Source: a virus
Taxonomy: Duplodnaviria; Caudoviricetes
Direction: 5' to 3' (one strand)
Length of the DNA: 61,287 nucleotides
IMG/VR virus record: IMGVR_UViG_3300050014_000138
Location: 1-61,287 of that record
This document shows, one piece after another, positions 38,096 through 48,611 of this stretch (positions within the stretch are counted from its first letter, which is position 1; the number at the start of each line of letters is the position of its first letter). The translations under genes and the position numbers were made by a program. The notes under the pieces were generated by a model that had not been told where the DNA came from, made no database searches, and saw only the letters and a program-made list of their open reading frames with translations.

Positions 38096-39196
38096 ATGAT
38101 TGACAATAAGTTAATATCATCTGTAATTACAGTTATCCCAACTTTACCAATTCGTGGTCTATATTATATTGGGCAGTATGGTACTAGCGGATATGCTTCA
38201 GCGGCAAGAGGATATCTATATCATTATTTTACAAACGGGATCCCAATAACTTGGGATCCTTTATATTTTGATAATTCAAAATTGAGTGATGAAGACGTAT
38301 ATGATGTAGTTATTAAATCATTAATAAATAAACCATTACCAAATTGTGATATGGTTATAATGCATAGCACTCCTGATTTATGGCCAAAGTTTTGGAATGA
38401 TAAACGCAATATATTAAACAATAAAGTTGTTAATGGGTATTGTACTTGGGAAACAAATAGATTACCAGTTGATTGGGTAAAATGTATAAATGGATATGTT
38501 AATGAAGTATGGTGTCCATCAACATACAATGAAACTACATTTAAAGAATCTGGAGTAACTAAACCAATACGAGTGGTTCCACATATATTTCTTCCTCATA
38601 AACTACCGAATCGTAAAATGATTAAGATAACCAGTTTTTCAAACGAAGAACTGTTGAAAGACAATAATAGATTTACATTTTATTCCATTGGAGAAATGAA
38701 CGCTCGGAAGGGAATTGATGATACTATTAAATCATTCTGTACCGCATTCAAAGAATCTGATCCAGTACGACTAATTCTTAAAGTTCATTATAAAGATTAT
38801 TCTTATAAAAATAAGAAAAAGTGTGAAGATATGGTTTCTGATATAATTAAAGAATTTCCTTCTCATGCACCAATTATTTGTTTATTTGATAATATGACAA
38901 ACAATGAAATGCTTGCATTACATTCTATTGGAGATTGTTATGTGAGTTTAACTAAATCAGAAGGATTTGGGTTAACTATATTTGATGCATTTAATTATAA
39001 TAAAAAAATTATTTGTACTGGATATGGTGGACATATGGATTTTCTTGGTAATAGTTATTCAGGACTTATTGATTATAAAATTGGTTCAGTTAATGGAATG
39101 AGTTCTTTTTCGTCCAATTATACCGAAGACCAATCATGGGCATATCCAAACTTGGATCATGCAGTTGAATTAATGAGAAGAGAAGTCAATATATGA
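38096..39196 (+). CDS. GT4-like glycosyltransferase
   Basis: SGYA, TWET, PS.YN, RKG, SEGFGLTIFDA. Confidence 0.85.
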   Translation: MIDNKLISSVITVIPTLPIRGLYYIGQYGTSGYASAARGYLYHYFTNGIPITWDPLYFDNSKLSDEDVYDVVIKSLINKPLPNCDMVIMHSTPDLWPKFWNDKRNILNNKVVNGYCTWETNRLPVDWVKCINGYVNEVWCPSTYNETTFKESGVTKPIRVVPHIFLPHKLPNRKMIKITSFSNEELLKDNNRFTFYSIGEMNARKGIDDTIKSFCTAFKESDPVRLILKVHYKDYSYKNKKKCEDMVSDIIKEFPSHAPIICLFDNMTNNEMLALHSIGDCYVSLTKSEGFGLTIFDAFNYNKKIICTGYGGHMDFLGNSYSGLIDYKIGSVNGMSSFSSNYTEDQSWAYPNLDHAVELMRREVNI

Positions 39197-39906
39197 ATTA
39201 TCCAAAATCTTTAGCAATAGAAACTTCAACAGTTTGTAATTTAAAATGTATAATGTGTACTCATTCCGCAGTAAATTTTGGAAGACCTAAGATTTTTTTA
39301 CCTAATGATATAATTGATAAGTTAATTCCATATATTGAACATGCTGAAAGTTTACAGTTACATGGAATTGGTGAACCGTTGTTGAGTCCATCTTTTTGGA
39401 AAGTTTTATCTCACGTATCAAAAGACTGTTGGGCAACCGTTAATTCTAATTTTGTAAATGTAACAACGGATCAAATGGAAAATTTAGCAACATCGAATTT
39501 AAAAAATATATCAGTATCTATAGATTCTCCAAATCGTGATACATATTATATAATACGAGGTGCTGATTTGGATAAGGTTATTGAGAATATTAAAAAAATG
39601 ATATCAATTATTAAAAAAACCGAATCCAAATTGTTTGTTGTATTAAATATGACAATAATGAAAGAAAATATTGACCAAATAAATGAAACATTGGATTTAT
39701 GTAAAAAATTAGAATGTTTCAGAGTCGATACTTGGCCAATGAATAATTGGGATTCTATAGAGTTAGATAGAGATATTAGAAATTTTAAATTTTCGTATAA
39801 TGATCAAAAACCAGCATCTTTTAAAGAATTGTATAATAGTAAAATACAAGAGTCAGTTGATTATTCCAAACTTATAAATATGAATTTTACTTATAATTTT
39901 ATTTAA
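39193..39906 (+). CDS. Radical SAM protein
   Basis: CNLKCIMC (CxxxCxxC), GIGEPLL, VSIDS, IRG. Confidence 0.9.
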   Translation: MNYPKSLAIETSTVCNLKCIMCTHSAVNFGRPKIFLPNDIIDKLIPYIEHAESLQLHGIGEPLLSPSFWKVLSHVSKDCWATVNSNFVNVTTDQMENLATSNLKNISVSIDSPNRDTYYIIRGADLDKVIENIKKMISIIKKTESKLFVVLNMTIMKENIDQINETLDLCKKLECFRVDTWPMNNWDSIELDRDIRNFKFSYNDQKPASFKELYNSKIQESVDYSKLINMNFTYNFI

Positions 39907-39908
39907 AT

Positions 39909-40148
39909 ATGAATTTAACTGTTAAAGACTGTAAACATCCTTGGGAAAATTTACAAATATTATCAAATGGAGAAGTTCGAGTATGTTGTTGGGCGAATTA
40001 TCCTATAGGAAATTTAAATACATCTACTATGGATGAAATTTGGAATGGGAGTTTATTAACTAAAATTAGAGAGTTAGTTAGTAAAGGTGAAACACATTCT
40101 ATGTGTAAAAACGCTGCATGTCCATATATTCAAAAATATAAAAAATAA
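39909..40148 (+). CDS. Stand-alone SPASM/twitch Fe-S domain
   Basis: C..PW..L.I...G.V.VCC...GNL.....EIWNG...C....C. Confidence 0.8.
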   Translation: MNLTVKDCKHPWENLQILSNGEVRVCCWANYPIGNLNTSTMDEIWNGSLLTKIRELVSKGETHSMCKNAACPYIQKYKK

Positions 40149-40149
40149 T

Positions 40150-41259
40150 ATGAAAATACTTGAGTTTGAATCGGGGGATATACAACATCCATTTTTTAAA
40201 AATAAAAGTAAGTGTTTAGTGTTAAACGACGTTTATTATAGATTAGTTGGTGACCGTGCGGAAGTATATTATGAAAATAAACGATTGTATGGATTTATTA
40301 ATAGAGATTATAAAAATGCAGATGTTTTATACTGGGGAAGGGAAAAGGAAGTAGATTTATATTTTGGAGAAATACAACCACAATTATCTGTGAATGAAGA
40401 AATAGATTCTTTATTTTTATTATATGATGATTATGAGTGGCAGTATGCTCATTTTGTAATGGATAGTTTCCCAAAACTGTGGTATTGGATTAAACTTCAA
40501 GAAACCGAACATATAAAAATTGGAATAAACAATTTGATTGAATGTCCATGTAAAACTGTAGATATGACAGATAAAGTTAAATATAATACATCATTTATAT
40601 ATGAATATATTGATCTATATTTAAAAAGATATAATTTAAACTATAAAGATAACGTAAAACTTCTAGATAGAAATAAATGTTACTTCATAAAACGTTTAAT
40701 TATACCTATACCATATCAATCAGTCGATACAGGATTATATCCATATAGAAGCTGGGAAATGTTAGATATATTAAAACGTGATATTCCAATTTCAATGGAA
40801 TATGAAAATATATATATTTCACGAAAGGATGTTAGTTCTAAAAAATGGATGCATTATAGAGTTTTATTAAATGAAAACGATATTATAAATAAATTAAATG
40901 AGGTTGGATTTCGTGAAATACAACTAATGAACTATTCGGTTGAAGAAAAAATTCAAATTTTCAAATCTGCTAAAAAAATAATACAAACTGTTGGATCAAA
41001 TTGTTATAATTTAAGGTTTATAGAACCAAAAACGTGGTGTTGTATATTATATCATCCTGAGTATTATTGTTGGTCGGATGATTTGCATAGAATAGTAAAC
41101 TATAAAAATGGAGTTTATAAAGAATATATAGATTCATGTAAAGTTGTAGATAATTCCAATTCATATTATCCAGATGAATATAATACTATGAAGAAAAAAA
41201 TTGATTCTCCGTGGAAGTTTACTGATATAGATAATTTAGTAAAGGAAACAATAATATGA
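40150..41259 (+). CDS. GT61-like glycosyltransferase
   Basis: YAHFVMD.FPKL, IYISRKD, R...NE, S.EEKI.IF.SA..I....GS. Confidence 0.75.
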   Translation: MKILEFESGDIQHPFFKNKSKCLVLNDVYYRLVGDRAEVYYENKRLYGFINRDYKNADVLYWGREKEVDLYFGEIQPQLSVNEEIDSLFLLYDDYEWQYAHFVMDSFPKLWYWIKLQETEHIKIGINNLIECPCKTVDMTDKVKYNTSFIYEYIDLYLKRYNLNYKDNVKLLDRNKCYFIKRLIIPIPYQSVDTGLYPYRSWEMLDILKRDIPISMEYENIYISRKDVSSKKWMHYRVLLNENDIINKLNEVGFREIQLMNYSVEEKIQIFKSAKKIIQTVGSNCYNLRFIEPKTWCCILYHPEYYCWSDDLHRIVNYKNGVYKEYIDSCKVVDNSNSYYPDEYNTMKKKIDSPWKFTDIDNLVKETII

Positions 41260-41864
41260 AAAATACATTTAACAATTGGGAAAAAATTGCAAAAATGGAT
41301 ATAGATTCGGTTACTAATTACATATTAACTGGACATAAGGCTTCGACGGCTAAACCAGATATTTGGATTTTAAATATCATTGGAAAAGAAGATAAACCAA
41401 TGACAATTCTAGATTTTGGATGTGGAATTGGTAGAAATACTCTTGGGTTGGCCAAAATTAATCAAAAATGGAATATTGTGGGATATGATAGTGAAAACAT
41501 AATATCTCGTGTTCCTGAGTTTGTGGATATTAATTATAATGGAATAATGCCATCAAATGTTCAATTTGTTTCAGATTGGAATCAATTAAAAACAACAAAA
41601 TTCGACAAAATTATAGCTGTAATTGTATTGCAACATATTATGGAGAAGGTGCTTATAGAATATATACGAGATTTTAAAAATATGACTAATTTTCTATGTG
41701 TTTCGGGTCGTAGATTTAATGATGATGTTAAAAAACGAAGCACATGGACTATTATAGAAGAACAGGGACTTATACCATCTAAGTTTTATAAGGGGCATAT
41801 ACCAATAATATACTCCCCATTGGGAGATCCTAATGAGCATAATATTGCGTGTTATCATTTATAA
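41256..41864 (+). CDS. Class I SAM-dependent methyltransferase
   Basis: ILDFGCGIGRN, FD.I....VLQHI. Confidence 0.8.
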   Translation: MKNTFNNWEKIAKMDIDSVTNYILTGHKASTAKPDIWILNIIGKEDKPMTILDFGCGIGRNTLGLAKINQKWNIVGYDSENIISRVPEFVDINYNGIMPSNVQFVSDWNQLKTTKFDKIIAVIVLQHIMEKVLIEYIRDFKNMTNFLCVSGRRFNDDVKKRSTWTIIEEQGLIPSKFYKGHIPIIYSPLGDPNEHNIACYHL

Positions 41865-41870
41865 TTCTAT

Positions 41871-42707
41871 ATGAAAAGTGTAATTATTTCTCTTCATAAT
41901 GGATTGGGAGATATAATAATGACATTTCCATTTTTGTTTGAACTTTTAAAAAGTGGATATGATGTAACATTTGAGACTACAAAAGACAAAATGGAGTGGT
42001 TACAATATATGGTTCCCGAATTAAAAGTAAAAGAGTTATTGGTTATAGATGTATATAGTGATTGTAGAACATTTGAACCTGGGTTTGATATTTTAATTAA
42101 TTTAAACAGAATGATGTTTTGTAATACAGCAGCATATGTTTTAAATGATCAAATCGCAATGAAATTAAATCAACAGGTGTTACTTGCTATGTTATTTAAT
42201 TTACATGGTTTACCATTCCCAACTGAATTATCTCCTTCGGCATATATTCATAAAGAGAAACATCCTACTGATAAAATTTTAGTATTTGCAAAATCTAAAA
42301 AGTATAATAGAACCGTTAGTAAAGAAATATTAATAGAACTTGAAAAAATATGTGATAATAAACGTATATTTTTAAACCCACAATATGAAAATTATATAAA
42401 GTTTACCGAAGAAGTAAATAATGCTAAATTTGTATTGTCGGTTGATACAGGAGCTTTACATTTAGCAGAAGCATTATCAACCAAATGGTTTGGTTTATTT
42501 ACTAATATGGGAGGATATACTAGAACAAAATATTATAAACACGGATCATATATTCAATCCAACGTTGTTTGTTCACCATGTAATAGTCATGGTCGAATTC
42601 CTCATGGTGGTGATGATGTTTGTAAATTGGATAACCAAAACCAATACACTTGTGTTTCAGGATTTGATGTGAATTTTATAATAAATAAAGTATATGAAAA
42701 TTTATAA
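41871..42707 (+). CDS. GT9 (heptosyltransferase-like) glycosyltransferase
   Basis: GLGDII, VDTGALHLAEAL, CSPC. Confidence 0.8.
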   Translation: MKSVIISLHNGLGDIIMTFPFLFELLKSGYDVTFETTKDKMEWLQYMVPELKVKELLVIDVYSDCRTFEPGFDILINLNRMMFCNTAAYVLNDQIAMKLNQQVLLAMLFNLHGLPFPTELSPSAYIHKEKHPTDKILVFAKSKKYNRTVSKEILIELEKICDNKRIFLNPQYENYIKFTEEVNNAKFVLSVDTGALHLAEALSTKWFGLFTNMGGYTRTKYYKHGSYIQSNVVCSPCNSHGRIPHGGDDVCKLDNQNQYTCVSGFDVNFIINKVYENL

Positions 42708-42762
42708 TTTTAATAAGTTCACTATTAATCTGGTTTTTGTTTAATAAATGATATTTATATAC

Positions 42763-43362
42763 ATGAATAAGCAACAAGTTAAAGAAAATGAATTTGCAGG
42801 TGCTCCTGGAGGAACTAATGGTACTGATAATTACCAAACTGGATATGGTACGTTTGGTTCCCCTGATGTATCCCAGAATCCAAATTTATTTGCCAATAGT
42901 AATAATAACAAAGCGGTTAATCAAAATAGTAATACTGTAAAAGATGCTCCAAACAAAGTTTCTACTGATCAACAAGTTAACGCATTATTCTCTAAAAAAG
43001 AGACCCCAACTCCAGATGAAATTGTAACTGGTATTAAATACGAACTTGGTCAACAGATTAAAAAAGATAAAGCGATGGCAAAAGATACAGTATTAAAGAA
43101 TTTACGTAAAGATCCAAAGTTTTATACTAGTCTTAAAATGATGAATATAGATGATAAAAGTATGGTTGATAATATGACTGAAAATAAACACCCCAACGAT
43201 TCTCCAGAACGAATGAAAATTACTGCGAATCCTGAAGCAACGAAACAAATTTTTGCTGAGTTAGCAAAAGGTCACGATCAAAAATATGTAGTTAATTCAC
43301 AAATTTGTGATGTTATGAAAGAAATGTGGGCAGCGAAACATGCTAGAAGGTTAAATAAATAA
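42763..43362 (+). CDS. Hypothetical, possibly virion-internal (DUF5661-like segment)
   Basis: GIKYE...A...V.KNL.KDP.FY..L; low-complexity N-half; TATTTATA 3 nt upstream. Confidence 0.5.
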   Translation: MNKQQVKENEFAGAPGGTNGTDNYQTGYGTFGSPDVSQNPNLFANSNNNKAVNQNSNTVKDAPNKVSTDQQVNALFSKKETPTPDEIVTGIKYELGQQIKKDKAMAKDTVLKNLRKDPKFYTSLKMMNIDDKSMVDNMTENKHPNDSPERMKITANPEATKQIFAELAKGHDQKYVVNSQICDVMKEMWAAKHARRLNK

Positions 43363-43373
43363 ATTATAAAAAG

Positions 43374-43403
43374 TTGACTTTTCTTCTATTAAACAGTTAT
43401 AAT
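43374..43403 (+). promoter_or_regulatory. sigma70-like promoter
   Basis: AAAAG-TTGACT-18-TATAAT, 7 nt before ATG 43411. Confidence 0.5.
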
Positions 43404-43410
43404 GGTTAAT

Positions 43411-44475
43411 ATGAATAATATACCACGGGCTTTTTGTATAACGTTAAAAGAAACTCAACTTAGAACTAATGGATTTTTAGAATTATCTAAAAATGCTGGA
43501 CTAAATGTAGAGTTGTTTTATGGAATTTTAGGAAATCGGTTGGGACTTTCCCCCAAGTTTACAAACGAAATTGAACGTCCAGGAAAAAATATATCATTGA
43601 ATGATCAAGCAATTGGATGTACTTTGTCTCATTTTACATTGTGGAATTTATTAAAGTATCTTCCCGAAGATGAATTTCTTATTTTTGAAGATGATGCAGT
43701 AATTAATCCCGATTTTGTAGATAAATTTACTGAGTTATATAATAAACTTCCATTGGATTGGGAAATGGTTTATGTTGGTTGGGTACCAAATGGTAATGAT
43801 GTTCATACTATAATTGTAAATGATGGAATAAGTATCCGAACAGTAAGTGCAACTCACGCATATTTGATTAAGAAGACTATTATTAATAAATTGTGTGATT
43901 GTGTTTTACCCATTCAATCTCCATTAGATTTAACAATCATAAACAAAGTTCTTCCGTTAATAAAATATTATGTTTTTGATCCATGTTTAGTAGAACAAAG
44001 AAGTTATTTGAATTCTACTGATCCAATTTGGGCATCATTAATCTATGATTGGAAAAATGATTTATATGAACAAAAACAAAAAATATTAAATGAGTTATCT
44101 TTAAATGATGATGAATGGTACATGGTAGAAAGTAATGGTGATGAACGATGGAAATGGAGCAAAGATAAATTCACTATTAAAATTCCAAAATTAATTAATT
44201 CTTTACAATTATTCTGTAGTGTCCCATTAGAAAATGTTCTTACAATTACATGTGGTGATCAAACTAAAGATTATAATATGGTTGGTGGAGAAGATGTTAT
44301 TTATATTAAATTAAATGGAAATGCTGATACAATAGAAGGAAAAATGAAATTTCCTTATATTCCAAGTCAAAATGATTCTAACACGACCGATGATAGAACG
44401 TTGGGAATTTGTTTAAGGCAGATAGTAATTGGGGTTGGTAGTGTAAATATACCATTAGAAGTTGTTGATATATGA
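43411..44475 (+). CDS. GT25 glycosyltransferase with C-terminal beta-sandwich domain
   Basis: CITL....R, IGCTLSH..LW, IFEDDA, THAY; C-terminal W..VE....WKWS...DDRTLG. Confidence 0.8.
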   Translation: MNNIPRAFCITLKETQLRTNGFLELSKNAGLNVELFYGILGNRLGLSPKFTNEIERPGKNISLNDQAIGCTLSHFTLWNLLKYLPEDEFLIFEDDAVINPDFVDKFTELYNKLPLDWEMVYVGWVPNGNDVHTIIVNDGISIRTVSATHAYLIKKTIINKLCDCVLPIQSPLDLTIINKVLPLIKYYVFDPCLVEQRSYLNSTDPIWASLIYDWKNDLYEQKQKILNELSLNDDEWYMVESNGDERWKWSKDKFTIKIPKLINSLQLFCSVPLENVLTITCGDQTKDYNMVGGEDVIYIKLNGNADTIEGKMKFPYIPSQNDSNTTDDRTLGICLRQIVIGVGSVNIPLEVVDI

Positions 44476-45005
44476 AAAATATATATTTTATTGCGAATAA
44501 TCACAATGTTAATCTAAATATATTTAGTGATTATAAGAAGGATATCTATAATGGAGATGTTTTACATTTTAATACAATGTATTATTTTGACTTGTTTAAG
44601 GACCATCCAAAAAATATAATATATCATAATATAAATGCATCTGATAAAGGCGTAAGTTGGTGGGGGGTTGATCAGGTGAAGTATTATATGCAATTTTATA
44701 TTAAAGATCGTTATCTTTATTACAATGAATATATACCATTTCATAACCCAGAGTGTAATCCGGTTATTGATAACTGGAAAAAGGACGGTGGGAAACTATT
44801 ATTGCATAGTAAGGAAGATATAGGTAATTATGTTCCACCAACTCAATGTTCATCTGCTGGGTTTATGTGTTATAAGTACTTTAAAGATTTATACGATATG
44901 ATATATTTAATCGGGTTTACGTTTGAAGGATCTAAGAGGCATAACTGGGAATATGAAAAAAGTGTTATGATGGAAGATCATAAAGTTAAAGAATTAACAG
45001 AATAA
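44472..45005 (+). CDS. GT29/sialyltransferase-like protein
   Basis: V.HFN; SSAGF...IYLIGFTF...HNWEYE resembling sialylmotifs S and VS. Confidence 0.5.
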   Translation: MKNIYFIANNHNVNLNIFSDYKKDIYNGDVLHFNTMYYFDLFKDHPKNIIYHNINASDKGVSWWGVDQVKYYMQFYIKDRYLYYNEYIPFHNPECNPVIDNWKKDGGKLLLHSKEDIGNYVPPTQCSSAGFMCYKYFKDLYDMIYLIGFTFEGSKRHNWEYEKSVMMEDHKVKELTE

Positions 45006-45007
45006 TT

Positions 45008-45601
45008 ATGGGTCCATATAAAATAATTAGTTTCTATACAAAAAATACACCTTATGAGCAAGAAATATTAAATTTAAAAAACTCTTGTGAAATTTTTAAT
45101 TTGAATTATAGTATAGAAGGTGTTGATAATTTTGGAAGTTGGATTAAAAATATTAATCATAAACCAAGATTTATTTATGAGAAATGGAAATTATCCGATA
45201 TTCCAATTGTATGGATAGATGCAGATGGAATATTACGACAGAATCCAACATTATTTAATAATATCATAGAAGATTTTGCCATACATAATATTACACATTC
45301 AGATGGACACCGTGAGTTTAATAGTTCAGTTACATTCTGGAACAAAACTCCATCTGCTGAGATTGCATTACAGAAATGGATTAATGTATCGGAGGCGGAT
45401 TATACAATAATGGACCAACTTCATTTGCAATGGATTTGGCCGGAACTGACTGAAAAATATAATCTAAAAACAAAATGGCTACCTCAAAATTATGCAAAAA
45501 TATTTGATTGGAAAGGTCCAATTGATACAAGTGATTCAGTAGTAATTGAACAATTTCAGGCATCTCGTAGATTTAAAAAAATTATTAATAAACAAATATA
45601 A
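45008..45601 (+). CDS. GT-A nucleotide-diphospho-sugar transferase
   Basis: W..N...KP.FI, VWIDAD, DQ..L, LP..Y, QASR. Confidence 0.7.
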   Translation: MGPYKIISFYTKNTPYEQEILNLKNSCEIFNLNYSIEGVDNFGSWIKNINHKPRFIYEKWKLSDIPIVWIDADGILRQNPTLFNNIIEDFAIHNITHSDGHREFNSSVTFWNKTPSAEIALQKWINVSEADYTIMDQLHLQWIWPELTEKYNLKTKWLPQNYAKIFDWKGPIDTSDSVVIEQFQASRRFKKIINKQI

Positions 45602-45603
45602 AT

Positions 45604-46320
45604 ATGTTTAAAAATTCGATCGTTGTTTTAAATATTGGAAATGTATTGTGTGATAATGCCAGAAATAGCATATTAAATGCTTGTAAACGGTGGAATTGTA
45701 ATTTTTATGAAATAACCAAAAATAGAGTTGATGATAAAAATATTTGGATTAATAAAATTGTTGGAATATATGAATACTATCAATTAAATCCTAATGTTGA
45801 ACGTATAATGTATTTAGATGCTGACATATTAATACGGGATGATGCTCCAAACCCGTTTGAATTGTTGGACGATAAAGATAAAGTTTATGCTGTATTGGAC
45901 TATAATGATGGATGGGCAACAAAAGAATTATATATACATCGAATGATAGAACCACGGTTGAGAATAGTTCATGATAATTTAAAATACAATGTAGATATAA
46001 ATAATTTAATATCTACTTCTTGTGATTGGTTTTTTAATGCTGGGATGTTTATTCTTTCTCCATTAAGTTGTAAATATGAAATGGATACATTTATAAACAA
46101 TATTCCATTTATATGGAACAATCCACATTTGGAGCAACCAATGTGGAATTACATTCTTAAATGTAGTAATAAAGTTGAATTGATTGACTCAACGTGGAAT
46201 TTATTAAACCCACAAACAAATTTTAACAAAATGGATGCATATATTTACCATTTTACTGGAACTAGGTTTGTGGAATTAAAACCACTATTGCCTTGTTATA
46301 ATTGGAAAACTGAAATATAA
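45604..46320 (+). CDS. GT8-like glycosyltransferase
   Basis: YLDADILI, FNAGMF, EQ..WN, WN, HFTG. Confidence 0.75.
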   Translation: MFKNSIVVLNIGNVLCDNARNSILNACKRWNCNFYEITKNRVDDKNIWINKIVGIYEYYQLNPNVERIMYLDADILIRDDAPNPFELLDDKDKVYAVLDYNDGWATKELYIHRMIEPRLRIVHDNLKYNVDINNLISTSCDWFFNAGMFILSPLSCKYEMDTFINNIPFIWNNPHLEQPMWNYILKCSNKVELIDSTWNLLNPQTNFNKMDAYIYHFTGTRFVELKPLLPCYNWKTEI

Positions 46321-46326
46321 TGATAT

Positions 46327-46992
46327 ATGAAAAATATTGCTATAGTAACTCTTGCTACTGGAGAATATAATAAGTTTATAGACCCATTGTATAAATCAAT
46401 AGACGAAAAATTTCTTCCAAATCATAATAGAAAAATTTTTGTTTTTTCTGATGTTGATAAAAATGGTTATTATCATATAGATGCATTGCCTTGGCCATTG
46501 AATACATTATTAAAAACGTTTTATTTGAATAGAATTAAATCCGAATTATCTAATTTTGATTATATCTACAATATAGATTCGGATTGTTTGGTTCATTCCG
46601 AAATAACTGAAGAAATATTATATCCAGAAGATTGTTTAGTTGCTCCGTTACATCCTCTTATAAGGAAAACCGAAAACTCATTTGAAACAAATCCATTATC
46701 TACTGCATACGTTGATAATGGATTGAATAGGCCATATTTTCAAGCATGTTTTTTTGGTGGATATACACAATCTATGTTTAATTTAATATCCACATTAAAT
46801 AAAAATATTAAAACTGATATGGATAATAGAATTATTGCAAAATGGCACGACGAATCTCATATAAATAAATATTTAGTTGATCATCCACCGAAAATATTAG
46901 ATGGTGGATATGCATACCCAGATCCAAATAGGTGGCCGAACACATGGGCATTTTCTCCTAAAATAATTCACTACAATAATAATTCAAAATGA
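46327..46992 (+). CDS. GT6 (ABO-type alpha-1,3-Gal/GalNAc transferase) family
   Basis: ATG.Y..F, WP..TL, IDSD, Y....FFGG, AKWHDESHINKY, Y.YP. Confidence 0.88.
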   Translation: MKNIAIVTLATGEYNKFIDPLYKSIDEKFLPNHNRKIFVFSDVDKNGYYHIDALPWPLNTLLKTFYLNRIKSELSNFDYIYNIDSDCLVHSEITEEILYPEDCLVAPLHPLIRKTENSFETNPLSTAYVDNGLNRPYFQACFFGGYTQSMFNLISTLNKNIKTDMDNRIIAKWHDESHINKYLVDHPPKILDGGYAYPDPNRWPNTWAFSPKIIHYNNNSK

Positions 46993-47702
46993 ATTGTATT
47001 TTTACATTAAATATAAATAACCATTTGTGTAATAATGCCAGAGATAGTATGATTTCTGCCAGCCAACGATGGAATTGTAAATTTTATGAGATGACTGAAA
47101 ATTTGGTTGGAAGTCAGAATGTGTGTTTCAATAAAGTGGTCGGTATAAAAGACTACTGGTCTAAACATCCAGAAATAGACAGAATACTATATATAGATTC
47201 AGATATTTTAATTAGGAATGATACCCCAAATCCATTTGAACTATTCAATGATTGTAATTACATATATGCGGTAAAAGATGTATATGCTGATATATGGGAT
47301 TCTAATAGGTTAGAAGAATATAGAAGGGATGTAATAGATCCGTGGGTAATGAAAGTGCATCATACTTTAAAATATGATGTAGATATAAATGAGTGGATTA
47401 ATACATACCCCAAGTGGTTTTTTAATGCTGGAATGTTTATTATAACACCAAAAAATCATATTAATGAAATAAATTTATTCATTGATAATATACCAATAGA
47501 AAATGTACATGGACGCATAGAACAAGCAATGTGGAATTATATTTTGAAATATAGTGACAAAGTTCGTCTTATTGGATATGAATGGAATTATATAAATCCA
47601 GATATATCAGATGGTAATATGAAGCATTATATATACCATTTTACTGGAAAAAATTGGATACTTCTAAAGCAAAAATTGCCTACTTATAATTGGAAAATTT
47701 AG
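46989..47702 (+). CDS. GT8-like glycosyltransferase, paralog of 45604-46320
   Basis: YIDSDILI, PNPFE, WFFNAGMF, EQ.MWNYILK, IYHFTG shared with 45604. Confidence 0.75.
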   Translation: MNCIFTLNINNHLCNNARDSMISASQRWNCKFYEMTENLVGSQNVCFNKVVGIKDYWSKHPEIDRILYIDSDILIRNDTPNPFELFNDCNYIYAVKDVYADIWDSNRLEEYRRDVIDPWVMKVHHTLKYDVDINEWINTYPKWFFNAGMFIITPKNHINEINLFIDNIPIENVHGRIEQAMWNYILKYSDKVRLIGYEWNYINPDISDGNMKHYIYHFTGKNWILLKQKLPTYNWKI

Positions 47703-48593
47703 TTATCCAATTGTTGGTAATATTTTTTTGAAGAAATCATTATACTTTTTATAGTCATCCGATAAAATATTATTCTCCAAAACATCCGTTTTATATTTTT
47801 CTAATAAATACGGTGTTATTGTTGTTATATTGTAATATACCATATAAAGTTTAAGAATAAAATCGTGATACAATATATAATTATCATTTTTAAATGGGTA
47901 TGTATCCGATGATATTGACACGAATCGTTTATATTTTATATCTATATCCATTGGAATAAATTTGTGTTTTCCAAAATACATAGCGAAGAATATTTCATCT
48001 GGGAATGATTTTCTAAATTGTTTCTTTATATTATAATATTTATGATTTTTAATAAAGTGGTCTATAGATAAATCATATTCTATAGAACTTTTGGATTTGT
48101 CATAATATACTGCGGTGCCATGTACTTGTGGTATCTCAAATCCACAGGATTCTTCTACAGATCTAATTCCTCCCCAATGCCATGAACTTGGAGCACGGTA
48201 TCCATTTCCTAGTTTTCCTGTTATTGATATGAATTGATTGGATGATTTAAACATATCCCACATATACTCTGTAGATTCTAAAACGAAACAATCAGTATCT
48301 ATACATATTGTTTTTTTGTATGGAGAAAATAAGTATGCTTTCATTTTTGGTAATGCTCCAAACATTTCATGTTCTTCAGTTAAACTATAATTTTGTGAAA
48401 ACTCCAATGGATTAAAGTTTATAACATTAACATTATTTCCATAATTATAGTTTATATCATCCGTTAATATACTTACGGGTCTAACATCTCCTACATTTCT
48501 AATTGATTCCACGAAGTTTTTAGCGAATAGTTTATATACATTATGTCCAAATGACATTATAATATATCCTTCTTCAAGATTATTTGAGTTCAT
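47703..48593 (-). CDS. GT-A fold glycosyltransferase-like protein (inverted within cluster)
   Basis: A....SIR, K...Y.FSPY.KTICIDTD, W.W, DE..FA. Confidence 0.6.
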   Translation of the reverse strand: MNSNNLEEGYIIMSFGHNVYKLFAKNFVESIRNVGDVRPVSILTDDINYNYGNNVNVINFNPLEFSQNYSLTEEHEMFGALPKMKAYLFSPYKKTICIDTDCFVLESTEYMWDMFKSSNQFISITGKLGNGYRAPSSWHWGGIRSVEESCGFEIPQVHGTAVYYDKSKSSIEYDLSIDHFIKNHKYYNIKKQFRKSFPDEIFFAMYFGKHKFIPMDIDIKYKRFVSISSDTYPFKNDNYILYHDFILKLYMVYYNITTITPYLLEKYKTDVLENNILSDDYKKYNDFFKKILPTIG

Positions 48594-48611
48594 AATGATA
48601 TATATTCGTAT

